A stretch of 64,000 nt of DNA from the human T2T-CHM13v2.0 reference genome, Homo sapiens. A program made the translations under genes and the position numbers. The stretch lies in the NCBI RefSeq assembly GCF_009914755.1, contig NC_060940.1. The stretch is one strand, 5' to 3'. This document shows, piece after piece, positions 12,079 through 28,879 of this stretch. The notes beneath the pieces are model-generated. The model worked only from the letters and a program-made list of their open reading frames with translations. It was not told where the DNA came from and did not search any database. Within the stretch, counting starts at the first letter, position 1. Each line of letters starts with the position of its first letter.

Positions 12079-12595
12079 ATATGAATACATTCGTGCTTTA
12101 TCCTTATAATTGCCTAGATTATAAATAGTTAACCCCTTCCCCCAAAATAAATAAGTAGCTTTTAAAATGGGGAAATTTTAAATATTCCAAATGTAGCATG
12201 TAAAAACAAAACACATAGGAGTTTAGATTTTGATGAATAAATAATACTGTTAGAAATTAAAACGTGTAATGCACTAAAAATATTTTAAAGCATTGCATGT
12301 AATCTGTACTGTTATTTGACTAGCTAATCCATACAAAAAATTTTTTTTTATAAAACTACACTGGTATGCTTTCAGAGAACCTAAACAGTTGCCTGGAAAT
12401 ACTGATTTTAGATTTTACTGTGCCTACATTTTTTTGTATACACGATTATATGACATTTGACTGAGAATATTGAAAACATATTCTAAGAAGTTACATCTAT
12501 CTCTTTTAGAGTAAATTTGATAAATATCTCTTCAAAAAAGCATCATTTAATGGTACCAAACATGGAAAATTTATACTTGTAGTATATTCAGTGTT

Positions 12596-12600
<5 letters not shown>

Positions 12601-12656
<56 letters not shown>
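12601..12656. repeat. Compound microsatellite (CT)17(AT)11
   Basis: Read directly from the sequence. Confidence 0.98.
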
Positions 12657-14259
12657 GCATTTACTCTTCATCAAAAATCCATGAAATAATTATTTTTATC
12701 CTGTTTTTATGAAGAAAGGAAAAGAAACAAACTCAAATTGGTTGAAACTTGAAAAAAAGGGATTCAGGTCTAGGACTTTCCTTCACTCACTTTCTTTTTC
12801 GCTTTAACTTATTATCTGATCTTGTAAAAGGATAAGGTAGCACGCTCTCTTTATCTGCCATTCTCTCCGTTTCCTTCCTGCCATCCCTCCATGATATGTT
12901 ATTTCTGCATATATACCCTAGTCTCTTATTTGGAGAACCTATCCCAATGTGAGGTGCTTTATTTTCCCTTCTCCATAACAATTTATGGAATATGTCTTGG
13001 TACTATATTGCTGACTCTGGTCCTAACTCTCTGATATTTAAATTTTCACCACCTATCAATAATTAATAACCTCCCAAAAAGGAAAATACTAGGCCCATAT
13101 GGTTGTACTAATATGAATTTTACCAAACACACAAGAAAGAAATAATGTCAATTCTCTATCATTGTTCCAGAAAACAGAAGCAGAGTGGACACTTCCTAAC
13201 TCATTTTATGTAGCCAAGATTATCCTAATATCAAAACCAGATAAAGGCATTATAAGAAAGAAACATTACTGACCAATATCTCTCATGAACATAAAACAAA
13301 TCTCCTCATATTGACAAATCAAATCCACGTATTTATAAATAGATAATTATATAATTATAATTTATAATTATATACCACAATCAAATGGGATTTATTTCAC
13401 ATATGTAAGACTAGTTCAAAATTCAAAAGTCAGTCAATGTAATCCGCCGCATTTACAGGCTAAAGAAGAAAATCATACAGTTGTATTAATTGATGCAGAA
13501 GACACATTTCACAAAATGTGACACCCACCTATGATAAAAACTCTCAGCAAATAAGGAATAGAAAAGAATTTGTTCAATTGATAAGAACATCTAAACAAAA
13601 CTCTACAGTTAACATCATACTCAATGATGAGATACTGGATATTTCTGCCTGAGACTGGAAAGTAAGAAAACAATGACTAAATAGTCCATTAAAAAAAAAA
13701 GGTATGTAAATAAAATGAAGAGGTAAAACTGTCTCTTTAGCAAAATGGCATAATTATCTGTGTAGAACACAGCGGTGGATCTACAAGAACAACAACAGCA
13801 AAATCCTGAAACTAATGAGTGAAGATAGTAAGGTCAAAAAATATATGGTCAATATACAATAGTTAATTCCTCTTTTGCATGGCATGAATTGATCATTATA
13901 ATTTGAAATTTAGAATAAAAATAATAATAACATTTAAAATTGTACCACAAATTTGAAATAGGTATAAATATAACAAAATATGACCAATACTAACATTTTG
14001 AAAACTACAAAACTCTGAAGAAATAAATAAAATGAGAGCAAAATAAAGAGACAGATATTCTGTATTCCAGGATTGGATGACTAGATATTTTTAAGGTATC
14101 AGTTTTTCTCAACTTTATAGAGTCCATGTAATCCTAAGCAAAATCCTGAAAAGTAAATTGTAGATAAACTAATTCTAACATTTATATGGAAAGGCAAAAA
14201 ACCAAGAATATCCAGCACAATACTGAAGGAGAACAAAATTAGAATACACACCCAATTTC

Positions 14260-15796
<1,537 letters not shown>

Positions 15797-15895
15797 TCAA
15801 TGGAACCGAATAGAGAGCTGAGAAATAGACTCACACATATATAGTCAATTTACCTTTGACAAAGGACAAAGGTAATTCAGTAGAGAAAGGATAGC

Positions 15896-16494
15896 TGTGA
15901 TGGTTAATATTAGGTGTCGACTTGACTGGATTGAGGGATGCCTAGATGGCAGTGCAGATGGCTGGTAAAGTATTGTTTCTGGACATGTCTGTTAGGGTGT
16001 TGCCAGAGGACTTTAACATTTCAGTCAGTGGACTGGGAGAGGCAGACCCACCCTCACCACCCAGTGTGGGAGGGCACCATCCAAATTGGCTGCCATCACA
16101 GCTGGAACAAAGCAAGGATGAGAAAGGCTGTAAGTTTGCTTGCTGAGTCTTCTCCAGCTCTCTCTTTTCCTGTGCCTGAGCCTTGCTTCTTCTTCTGCCC
16201 TTGGATATCAGACTCATAGCTTCAGCCTTTGTACTCTGGGACTTGCACCAGCAGCCTCCTGGGGGCTCTCAGACCTTTGGCCTCAGACTGAGGGCTGCAC
16301 TCTCGGCTTCCCTGGTTTTGAGGCTTTCGACTTGGACTGAGCCACTACTGGCTTTTCTCTTTCCCCAGCCTGCAGATGGCCTATTGTGGGAGTTCACCTT
16401 GTAATACTGTGAGCCAATTCTTCCTAATAAAATCCCTTTTATTTATGCATATATCCTAATGCTTCTGTCCCTCTGGAGAACTGTGACTAATAAA
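15896..16494 (+). mobile_element. MLT2A-type (HERV-L) solo LTR
   Basis: tgtgatggttaatattaggtgtcgacttgactggattgagggatgcc ... ctgtccctctggagaactgtgactaata. Confidence 0.9.
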
Positions 16495-19400
16495 AGTCTT
16501 TTCAACAAATTGTGTTGGACCAATTGATGTCTAAATTCCAAAAATTCTAACTAGACAGAGATTTACACTTCTCAGAAAAATTAGCGTAAAATGAATCATA
16601 TTCTTAAATATATGAAATAATGACACTTTTAGAAGACAGTATAGGAGAAAATCTACATGACCATTGGTTTGGTGATGTTTTCAGATGCGATACCAAAAGC
16701 ACAATCCATGAAAGGGATAAAAAGGGATAAGTTGCAATTTATTAAAATTTAAAACTTCTATGTTGTGAAAGACATTTTTAAGACAATGAAAAGACAATTT
16801 AAAGGCAATAAAACTTGTATCAAAAAATATAAGAACAGTTAAAACTCAACAATAAGAAAACAACCCATTTTAAAAATGAGCAAAAGATCTGAACAGATAT
16901 TTCAGCAAAAAAGATATGCAAGTGGCAAATGAGTATGTGAAAAGATGTTCAACATGACTTGTCATTAGGGAATTTTAAGACAAACAAACAATGAAATAAA
17001 ATTATGTAACAATTAGAATGCCTAGAATTTAAAAAAATGACTTTATCAATTAATTGCTGGTGAGGATGCAAGGCAACAGGAACTCTCATTCATTGTTGCT
17101 GGATGCAGCCACTTGGAAGGTAGTTGTCAGTTTCTTACAACACTAAATAATTACATGACACAGTCCAGCAATCACACTCCTAGTTATTTACCCAAGTAGT
17201 TAAAAAATTTATGTCCCCACAAACACCTGCACACAAATGTTTAGAGTATCTTTATTCATTATTGCCAACACTTGGAGGTAACCAAGATATTTTTCAATAG
17301 GTGAATGGTCAATAAACAAACTTTGGAACACTCATATAGTGGAATATTATTCAGTAATAAAGATGTAAGCTTTCAAGTTACAAAAAGGCCTGGATTAATC
17401 TAAAATGCATATTGCTATGTGAAAAAAAGGCAGTAAGAAGAAGCTACATACTGTATAATTCCTATTATATGACCTTCTGGAAAAGGAATAATCTAAGAGA
17501 CAGCAAAAATATTAGTGGGTTCTATTGGTTCATTGGGAGGAGAGAAGGGATAAAAGGTAAAGCACTGTGGATATTTTAGGATAGTGCAATTATTCTGAAT
17601 TATATTTAATTTATGCATACATGACACAATGCATCTCTCATAACCCATTGAACTTTACAATACAAAGAGTGAAATGTAATATATGCAATTTTTTAAAATA
17701 TAAGGGGTTGAAAAATAGATAGAATGCACAATATGACAAAACAATCTAACAGTATTTCAAATGTATAAAACAACCTAATTGAGTGGATTGGGAAAAAATG
17801 ATGCTTACCTGAGTAACTTTGGAAATGAGTGGAATCTCTAAAACTAAATATAAAGTAAACTTAAGCATTGTAACCTACTTTATAAAAACTATTTTCCCAC
17901 AGGGATGTAGGCAACAATTCTGATATTGCTATGCTTACATACTAGAGCTAAATAATTAAACAAACAGATGGTGGATGGTAAGAGCCATGTTTTTCACTGT
18001 TATAGTAGAAGTTTACAGGTAAAGAAGGGGGAAAAGACTAGAATGATCCATGTGGTATGGATTAAAGTTGGAGACATCAGTATAAACTCATTTTTAGCTG
18101 AATATAGGAACAGATACATATAGAAATATTTGTAGATATTTGTATATATGAATTAGTATACACACATATATCTCCTTTCTCTCTCTCAGCAGGGAGGGCC
18201 TAAAATGAACTATACCCCAGTAACAATGGGCCCATCTAGGGCCCGGATTGTGGTTACTAACCCTGGTCTCTTCAAGAAAAGGAATCATAGATCCTTGAAG
18301 AAATGGCTGACTCTGGAATTATGGCAGGGAATACACAAGATAGAACATCTTGTGGTGTCAGGAAATAAGGATGTGTTCAAAACCAACCAACCAACCAACC
18401 AACAACACTCAATGTTGCGGGTACACCACCAGGACACAGGCACCAATTGAAAACAGGAACAATTTGGGCAATAAAATAATTTGGGCAAAGCTGGAACAAT
18501 TTGGGCAACAAAATAAAGAAGTATTATATTATAACATAAAGCATCAAATCGATATTCATGAGCCCATACTGATATAAATAAATGATTACATAAACAAATG
18601 GGAGAAAGAGACAAATATCCCATGCAGAGAATTGCAATGCAGAATAGTGCATGTAGTTACTCTACCCTCAAGGAAAGAAAGCATACCTCCTAGATGTGAG
18701 CTTCAGAGAGTGTCTTTCTTCCAAAAAGTACAGCACAGAAAGGGGCAAAAGTGAATAACTTTGCAGTGAAAAACCCTGACACACACTGTCTCAACCAGGT
18801 GATCAAGTTCAACATCAACAGTGATAAGTCACGTTGCTAGTATGTACCCTTGATACGAAGTGATGAAAATAGCAATTTATCTCTGTGGTCTTTCCCCTGC
18901 AAAGAAAATCCATAACCCCAATCTAATGAGAAAAGCATCAGACAAATCCCAGTAGAGTGACGTTCCACAAAATACTTGGCCAGTGCTACCTCAAAAATAT
19001 CAAGCTTATCATAAGCAAGAAAAATCTAAGAAACTCTCATAGCCAAGAGAAGCCTAAGGACGCATGACAACTAATGGGATGTTGTATCCTAAATAGGACC
19101 CTGAAACAGCAAACAGACATTAAGTAAAAACAAAGGAAAATTAAATAAAGTATGGACTACAGTTAACACTAATTAATCAATATTGGTTCATTAATTGTAA
19201 TAAATATACCATATTGTAAGATTTTAATAATACAGAAAATAAGGTGTGGAGTTGAGGGAAACTATGTCTGTACTTATCTTTACAATTTTTCTGTAAATGC
19301 AAACTTGTTCTAACAATTACATTTTGTTAAAAATATTCTAGTATTCAACACTTGCTAATTAAGTCAGCATGTCTCTATTTCAGATCACAAGAGAATATCT

Positions 19401-19496
19401 GACTGAACCAGTAAGATATTGCAATATCATGGTGCAATCTGGTTTCAATCAAAGTTATAGGTTTGTGGATACATAAGCATGTATATCACATAAGCA

Positions 19497-19688
19497 TGCA
19501 AATCCTGGTTTTGTAGGACCTGAGGCTTATGCACATTGAGAGATTGCCTTTAAAAAATGAATGCGAAGCTGTAAATACAAATTTAAATTTGTACATAGGT
19601 TAGGGTCCATTGGGTGCTAGTAAGGTCTGTGCACGTGAGAGGTCCTGAAGCTTCATCTTCACTAGCATAATGGTAAATATACCTCCAC
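19497..19688 (+). mobile_element. MER53-like non-autonomous DNA transposon
   Basis: atcctggttttgtaggacctgaggcttat ... gaggtcctgaagcttcatcttcactagc...ggtaaatatacctc. Confidence 0.72.
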
Positions 19689-19814
19689 AAGTGAAGCTGC
19701 TCTAATAGGGATTTGTACAAAGGTGTGAGGGTGTGAAGAATATTAGTATTAGAGAAAATGATTGATATTCCTACTTTTTGTTGGTATCTCTCTTCATACA
19801 CTTTTCTGTATTCT

Positions 19815-20742
19815 TTTTATAAAATGGTCAGCCATCAGGTGTGGCCACAGGAGAAGAGTCTCAGGAAAACAAAGTTTATGAAACTCACAGGTCCTAGAGA
19901 CGTGAGGCACTCCACACCACGAAGGGTGATACAGTTTGGATGTCTGTCCCCTTCAAGTCTCATGTTGAACTGTGATCCGTGATCTTGGAGGTGGGACCTG
20001 GTGGGAAGTGTTTGGGTCATGGGGGTGAATCACTCATGAATGGCTGGGCGCCCTCTCCTCACTGTATTAGTTACCACAAGATCTGATAGTTTAAAGGAGC
20101 CTGGCATCTCTCTTGCTCCCTCTCTCTTGCCAGGTGATGTGTCTGCTCTTCCTTTGTCCTCTACCATGAGTGAAAGCTTCCTGAGGCCTCACCAGAAGCT
20201 GAGCAGATGCTGGTGTCAGGCTTGTATAGCCTGCAGAAATGTGAGCCAAATAAACCTCTTTTCTTTATAAATTCTCCAGTCTCAGATATTCCTTTATAGC
20301 AACACAAAACAGACTAACACAGAGGGCATCATGAAAAAGATAACAGGATGGTTCACAGGCAGAAGACAGCAGAGAGGGGAAGGTTCAGGCAACTGCTCTT
20401 ATTGGGGTTTTTGTGAAAAAGGCAATGAGGATGGGATGAACAGGATAGGATTGGCTAGAGTGAATAATTTTGGCAGAATTTGAGCTTTAAGGGTAAGCTC
20501 TAGTTGCCTGGCACCTGGCCCTGGGATGATTAAGACAGAGAAATATTGCCTCCTAAAGTATAGGAGACAAATAGAAGATCTGTGTCTCTGCACTGGTTAG
20601 TTTGCACATCAAAGACACGCTCCCAGCTGGACCTGTTGCTATCCCTAAAAACAGATTAGCCACAGGAATGGCAGTTTCTCTCCATCCAGAAAGGTATTTT
20701 AAGACGTTAAATCATAATATACAGGAAATTAAGAAAACTAAT
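19815..20742 (-). mobile_element. ERVL-class solo LTR (MER54/74/76-like group), split by MSTB
   Basis: ggattggctagagtgaataattttggc...cctggccctgggatgattaag...tggttagtttgcacatcaaag; reverse complement starts tgtatattatga. Confidence 0.6.
19927..20321 (+). mobile_element. MSTB-like solo LTR
   Basis: tgatacagtttggatg ... cagactaacaca; 5-bp TSD aaggg/gaggg. Confidence 0.9.
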
Positions 20743-20929
20743 TGCAATACACAGATGCACGAACACACACACACCCAGAAATACCCACACACAACTAGAC
20801 ACGTCTAATTTTTTTTCATTATAAGTTGATTTGGACTACTGCTGAGTGCCTGGTTCCTGATATTTAGCAAATATTCAGTACCTATTCACCCAACTTGGTA
20901 TAAAGAGTTTCTCTTTGAATCCATGGGAA

Positions 20930-21440
20930 TGTAAAACTCAGAGCATCGTGGAGGGGTTGGCTTTTGATGAAGTTTTCAATGGAGATCTTCCATTCAAAGA
21001 AACAGAAGGGAGGGCAACAAACTCCAGTACAGAACATGTTGGTTGTTTATGGGGTGCAAATAGAAGGAAATTTCTCTTTGTCTCTATTTTATTAGTGGAT
21101 TATGACTTAAATGGTTAGCTGAGAGTTAGGATAAGAAGATTGGTGTAGGAGTTTTGAGGAGTGATGGAAATGTTTGAAGTAATTAAGGAGAGGGGGATGG
21201 GAAAAAATAATAGAAGTGTATAGTCGGATTGCTGAGCGATATTGTATTCATTTGGCATTTATGATCACAAAATTAAAGAAAGACTATCACACTTGTGCTT
21301 CTCTGCAGGGAAAATCATTGCTTAGTGCAGTCATGAGGTGCATTCTAGGTAGGGATATTTACCAAATGAGTATAATAGAAAGAAAGCAAGTCAAAGGGTT
21401 TAACGTGTTTGTGAAGGAGTAGATACAATGACAGATCTTA
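20930..21440 (-). mobile_element. L2 internal fragment
   Basis: tggaggggttggctttt...agctgagagttaggat...ggagttttgaggag resembles antisense L2. Confidence 0.5.
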
Positions 21441-21709
21441 CTGAGCTACTAGGACTTCCACTCACTCTCCAGTTTTTCTGAACCTCTTAGCTTTAATCTT
21501 GCTATTTATTTCTCCTTGCAATAATTCCTTGTTTCTTTGAAAAAGTGGTGCTTAAAGACTCAGGTTAAATGTCACAATTTCTTTGTTTGCTTTTCTACAG
21601 TCCCACAGCCTCTTGTGTTTCCTTCATCACAACATATATAATAAAAATTCATTGTAATGATCACATTATATATATATTTCTTATACATAGTCAATGTTAA
21701 TTATAATTA

Positions 21710-22367
<658 letters not shown>

Positions 22368-24571
22368 TATTATTATTGTTGTTATAATTATTAAAACTAT
22401 TGTCATTCACTATGGAGGAGACACTTTTACTTCATATATTTATTTTTCATTTATAGCCCCTTTTATTAGAATGAAACTCTATTTCCAGTAGTACTTTTTG
22501 TCTTGCTCACCAAAATAGTGCCTGCCTCTGTAGTAGCAGTCACTCAATTCATTCTAAACAAAATGGTTAATATATGAGCGTGTGAATGAGTATATGCGGG
22601 GAATGAGTTTCTTTCTTACCATTTGTGAATTACTGAAGCTTAGTATAGTTTCTGTTATTTTGAAAGCTCATAATATATGCTTGCTTAATAAAAAATGAAC
22701 TTGTTAATCTTGTACTGTACATAAAACTTGACATTGCTGATATGTATTGATGAGCCTTTCCTAAGCACACCAACAATGAATTTCTTTTCTGGTAATCCAT
22801 TCAATGTAATAATATAGGTTTAACTCTCTTGATGTTGTAGATTGTTGTTTTTGAAAAAGTATTAAGGCATTCTCAATAACCGTTCATGCTCAAGCACTAT
22901 TCTTTGAGGTGTTTAGGGATTAAATATGAGGACCTACAATATCAAATGTAGTATTTCTCTTTAGAAAGACTTATTCTTGGTTTGCTGAAAACACCTGGTG
23001 AGGGGAATTGTAACTTTTTCTCAAATCCTCTTTCAGAGTAATCTAAGTACAATTCAAATTTCAGTTGTCATTTTAGTCATTATCTTGAGGAGGTAGGCAC
23101 ACTTTAAAGTCTGTGTGCAGAATAAGAATACGTGAATAGGGAATACTGCAGAGAGAGTAGCAGTACTCACAAACTAAACATCTCTAATGAATGACCAACG
23201 TTTATTATCTCTGTGAAGGCTGCATAAATGATACTTCAGATCTGATATATAATCTTTCCATTAGGTCCCTTATCCCCACTTGGAGTGCGTAGGGTACCTC
23301 ACTGGGAAAACCTGCAATGGGAATGACTTTTACGTTACCTAGAATTGATCTCATGGATAATTGTCTTAATTATTCTGGAAAGTACATTTCTACTGTTGGC
23401 CATAACTACTCCTGTAGACATAAAAGTGCCTTTATTGTTAATCTCCAACATTGTGAGTACCTCACAGGCAGTGCAGAAAAGCTCTAAAAGCCTGATAAGA
23501 ATTCTTGACAGTGAGCATTTAATGGTGATGTGTACTTAATGAGGAAGTAAGAACTCTCTTGCAAATTGGATTCTGGTGTCCTTAATCAATCAGTGGAGAC
23601 CACAACACTTGTATCTTGAAATCTGGGAAGAAACGTGTTTTCCAGACAGATGAGCATCTTCAGCAAAAAGAGGTAAAGAATTGAAGTGATGAAGATTCTG
23701 TGAAGTTTGATCAACTAAAGATTGAAGATTCTCTTTTGTTTGAAGATTTAGAGATTGGTTTGATATGTTTTCAAACATATATATTTTATAACATTTCTCC
23801 CCTCATTTATTTTTATTTTTTTCTGCATTTTTTTTCCTCTTCCATCTCTGTAGTTGGTAGACCTTGTTTCAAACAACCACTTCATAAATTACCCAGTATA
23901 TAACCTTGAGGTAGTTTTTTAATCTTAATAAAATTTAGTTTTCATACTTTCAATGAACAAGGTTATTAACTTTCCCAAGTTCCCAAAATTCAGAAAGAGA
24001 AAAACCTAATCTTGTTCAGGTACTGAACACAGCAGTGGGTATACAAAAAATGAAAAAGGTGTGGTATTTTTCCTAAGGGGAGAAATGGATGTGCAGAAGG
24101 TCATATATTGTGGGATATGAGTGATTTCATTGTGCGTAGAATAATGCTACATTCGGTTTGAATTCTGCCAGTGTACAAGCTCTCAACCTCTGTAAGTTTC
24201 ATTTGGCATATGAGAAGACTAGCCATACTTCACAGGGCCTTTAGGAAAATTAAACTAGTCAACATATAGGAAAACATAAATCATTATAAAAATGCAGGGG
24301 ATTATTGTGATAGAAACATAAATACACATAAAATTGTGTGAAAGTGCGAAGAAGGTGTTGCAGATTCATGTAGTTTTCCCAGGAGACAGCCTACAAGATG
24401 GAGATTAGCACCCAGGATATTTACTAAGGAGTGTTTTGAAGATTAACGACTGTGGAAAGGAAAGTGCAAAAGCCATATCAGGTTAAAGCTGCTGTGCTGC
24501 AATGCATCCCCAACATAGACCAAACTCATAGGGAAGTCTGGAGCTGGGATGTTCCTTCAGAGTTGGGGTGA

Positions 24572-24893
<322 letters not shown>

Positions 24894-24930
24894 AGGAGGT
24901 GCTTTTTATACCCACATTTTGATTGGTTGT

Positions 24931-25311
24931 TAATATGGTGTCCCCACCCAAAATCTCATCTTGAATTGTAATCCTCATAATCTCCATAATCCCCATGTGT
25001 GAAGGGAGAGACCGGGTGGAGAGTAATTGGATTATGGGGGCAGTTTCCCCCATGCTGTTCTCGTGATAGTGAGCGAGTTCTCACGAGATCTGATAGTTTT
25101 ATATGCGGGCTCAACCCCCTTCGCTCTGCACTTTTCCTTCCTGCCGCCTTGTAAAGAGGGTGTCTTGCTTCACCTTCACCTTCCACCACGATTATAAGTT
25201 TCCTGAGGCCTCCCCAGCCATGCTGAACTGTGAGTCAATTAAACCTCTTTCCTTTATATATTACTCACTCTCCGGCAGCTCTTTATAGCAGTATGAAAAT
25301 GGACTATTACA
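24931..25311 (+). mobile_element. THE1D/THE1C-like solo LTR
   Basis: tgtccccacccaaaatctcatcttgaattgtaatc ... agccatgctgaactgtgagtcaattaaacc ... ggactattaca. Confidence 0.9.
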
Positions 25312-27828
25312 GTCTTTTGATGCAGGCTGCCTCTGAAAGGAGGCATAAATGTGGGCAAAATTTTTTTCTTTAAACTAAGTCGACCCTCCAGTGAGTGCTG
25401 AAAACTGACAGACATCTTCACTTAGCACTCCTAGAAGCTGGGAAAATAATTTTAAATTCCAGGCAGCAGATAGAGATGGTCCAGCATATAAGGAAAGGTG
25501 TTTGACTGTTCTTATTAGGAAAAGGAGGTTGTAAAAAAGGCTATGGAGAAGAGGGAAGTGTTTAATTTTTGCCTTAAATTTAGACTTGATAAATACTACA
25601 ACTTCTATTTACACACACACAGGAACACATAAAGAATCAAACCCCTAAAAAGCAGATATTGTATGTTTGATCTTCTATTTCTTATTAAGGAAAGAGAGAG
25701 TTCAGAGATGAAACATTGCCTTTGAGTACTTTTTCTCTTCTGAAGAGGTAATTTCAACTGATAGGATGATAGCTTTTTATGATATATCTGTGTTGCTTCT
25801 CTGACATCACTTAGACTTGCAAGTGTGAAGTGTTTTCTGAAGGAAATTGCTATTAGCTCATCGACATACCCAGAGGTCACTGATAAATACTGAATGTAAC
25901 CATTTTTGGAAGAGTTAGCACAACAGTGTGTTTTTATCCAAGGGCAACTGCAGAAATTTGCTTTGGTGTTGACTTAACTGCTTCTTGATTTCTCTTTTTT
26001 TTTTTCTTTCAAATGACCCTGTAACAGATGATCTCAAATTTCTATCCACCTGTGGTTTGCAGAAGCTAAGCTTCCCACAGCTTTTTCTAATACAAGTTTC
26101 TATCGCAAACTTATCTTTACAAACTGTTAGGCCACGTGAGCACTATGCCCTCGTGCTTTATAGGAAACTTGATTCCAAGGAAGGAATCCATTCAACCTAT
26201 CTTACCAATGGCATTCTATAGGATTTCACAGCATTTCTGTTTTTCACTGACATACCTATTTTATTAGCATGTATATAATAATGTGGGTACTACTTCATTA
26301 ACTTGAGGTTAGCCAGGACCCATTTCACTTGGCACTTAATGAACAGGAGAAACAGTTTCACTTCATTAAAAAACCTACACTTAACTGCTGTTATACCATA
26401 ATGGTTTCTGACACTGAGATACCTTGTTTGAGTCACTAGAAATGTTCACTCACATTAGAGGACCCAGAATACAGACCTGATTAAGCGTAACAACAACAAC
26501 AAAAAGACATTGGAGACATACCATCTAGGAAAAACCCAATGGATTAAACTCTTATTTTAGCAGAAACAGGCCAATTTATTTAAAGGTGGGTCTTAGCTTA
26601 TCTAAATTGGAATAAATAATGACAACTCAATTATATTCACAGATTAGTGTTCTGTGGCTCCCTCCATTCTAGGGAATTCTAGCCTTTCTCTAGTTTATCT
26701 CAAGGCTGTACGACATATTATTGTAATATTAGTAATACAGCTACTATCTTTAGAGCACTAGTTTATAAAGCACACAGCCCAGCGGCCGAGATTTCATAAT
26801 CTTCACTAGTGCCCTATGTATTTGATGACACAAAGGTGAGAATACTGAGAGAAAAAGCAGTTTGGTAACTTTTCTAAAATCCTTAGCATGGCTTGCATTT
26901 TACAGTCAAATACACAAAAATGTGGGTCTCAGCTTTATACTTTCCTGCTGTACACAGATCATTCCTTTTGGCTAACCTGTTTCTCATTTATGTTCTGATT
27001 ATTCACAATGACCTTTTTTTAAAAAAAAATCACTGTTAATGCTAAACATAGAAGTTATATATCCAATGCAATTTGAAGGCACCCCTGCAGCTGGGACCCA
27101 TCAATGTTGTCACAACTGCTGATGCCTGGGGTCATGAGAATTGATGGTAGTAAGAATGTCACCATTTCTTCCCTGGAAGGACTCACTAGCTCTGTCCAGC
27201 AGAGATAGTTTTTACTTTTGTTGCTCAGAATGATTAAAAATATGCTATTTAGGTTTTTTGCATTTGAGTTTCCTCTTGTATGGAACTAAGAGTGAGGTCT
27301 ACCAGAGTACTCTTCACCAAGACAATCCATAATCAAGTTATATCTGGAAGCGGAGGAAGCTTAGATAAATCAAGGCATTCTAAATTTGTCCTATAAATAT
27401 GGTCTCTACTGGTCTGCTCCGAGTCATCTCAATTTCAGTTGTATCTCTTTAGGTCTTTAATAATGTAGCCTGTTACAGTGGCCAAATATGAAGATGATAC
27501 ACTCACTGGTATCCAGCAAACTGAATTAATTAGCTAATATCCTCTTATTTTTAAAATCAAGACATCAAATCAGGGCAAAGCTAAAGAATCTGCAGATTTA
27601 CTGCTGAGGACCTAACACTGTAGAAATTTGTCTCTAGGTCTGTGAAATATAAAATAAAAGAGTTAGTTTGGCTATTCCTTTCCAGTCTAAGGCCCCTTGC
27701 ACCAACTATGTATTTATGACTAAATTGTCAAAAATAAATTTACTCTTCTAATGCTGCTGTCTCCATCTTGACTACAAAGAAAAATGGTCCTTCTATGATT
27801 ATTGATCTTTTAAGTAATGCATTGTGGG

Positions 27829-27860
<32 letters not shown>
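27829..27860. repeat. (GT)n microsatellite
   Basis: About 13 perfect GT units plus imperfect tail. Confidence 0.95.
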
Positions 27861-27894
27861 TGGAGGAGACAGGAAAGAAAGATGATCTTTGAAA

Positions 27895-28180
27895 AAAAAT
27901 ATGGACTTTGAAATTAGACAGACTTGATTATTCTCAACGTGAACTTGATAGGACATAGATATCAATATATAGACAGAAACCTAAAATCCATAATTCTTTC
28001 CCAGATGTCTATCTAACTAGCTCTATGATTTTGGGAAAACTATATCACCTTTCTAAGTCTCATCTGTAATATTGAAATAAATAATCATACCTAAATTGGA
28101 AAGTTATTGTGAGATCAGAGGGTTAAACAAGATAAATATTTAGCAGTAAGCATTTAAACTCACTCAATAAATAGTTACTG
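27895..28180 (+). mobile_element. MIR relic
   Basis: atggactttgaaattagacagactt...ctagctctatgattttgggaaa...tctcatctgtaa...gttattgtgagat. Confidence 0.55.
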
Positions 28181-28292
28181 GGAATGTCTGCACTGCTTCT
28201 TAAGAAACAGCAGGCTGGTCCCTTCGCTGACAGTTTAGCCTTGTCCCCAAGTACCTATGTGAAGCTTTTCTTTATGTTAAGATGTGCTGAAC

Positions 28293-28879
28293 CACTCTAT
28301 TCACATTAGCCAGGATATGGAATAAACTAAGTGTATATCAACAGATGAATGAAAATGATATATGTGCATACAGAATGGATATTATTAATCTGTAAAAGAA
28401 TGAAATTCTGTCATTCTCAACAACATGGATGAGCCTGGAGGATATTAGGTTAAATAAGTCAAGTACAGAAAGATAAATATCACGTGTTTTCATATGTGAG
28501 AGCTAAAAAAAATTGAGCTCATATAAGTAGAAAGTAGAATTGTGATTATGGGAGATTGGGAAAGGTTGGGGATTGGAGAGGATTGGAAGAGATTGGTTAA
28601 TGGGTACACAATTTACAGTTATATGGGAAGAAGTATTTCTAGTGTTTTTGTAGCACTTTTGGGTGAATATGGTTAACAATAATTGAGTGTACATTTTCGA
28701 AAAGCTAGAAGAAAGGATTTTGAATGTTCACAACACAAAGTTATAAATGTTTGAGGTGATGGACATGCTAATTATCCCAATTTGATCATTACGCATTGTA
28801 TGCATGTATCAAAATATCATTCTGTATTTCATAACTATGTACAATCCTTACATGGCAACTAAAAGTAAAAGGCGAAAAA
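28293..28879 (+). mobile_element. L1MA (L1MA5-like) 3' end
   Basis: gctagaagaaaggattttgaatgttcacaacacaaag...gaggtgatggacatgctaattatccc; degenerate TSD aagatgtgctgaa / aaaatgtggtgaa. Confidence 0.85.

Noticed and set aside
19370-19416. Possible 27-nt micro-exon (tctctatttcag...cca|gtaaga)
   Set aside because: Splice-like words are common by chance; no supporting exons or transcript evidence.
25605-25880. 91-aa minus-strand ORF in unique DNA
   Set aside because: No recognisable domain or convincing splice boundaries.
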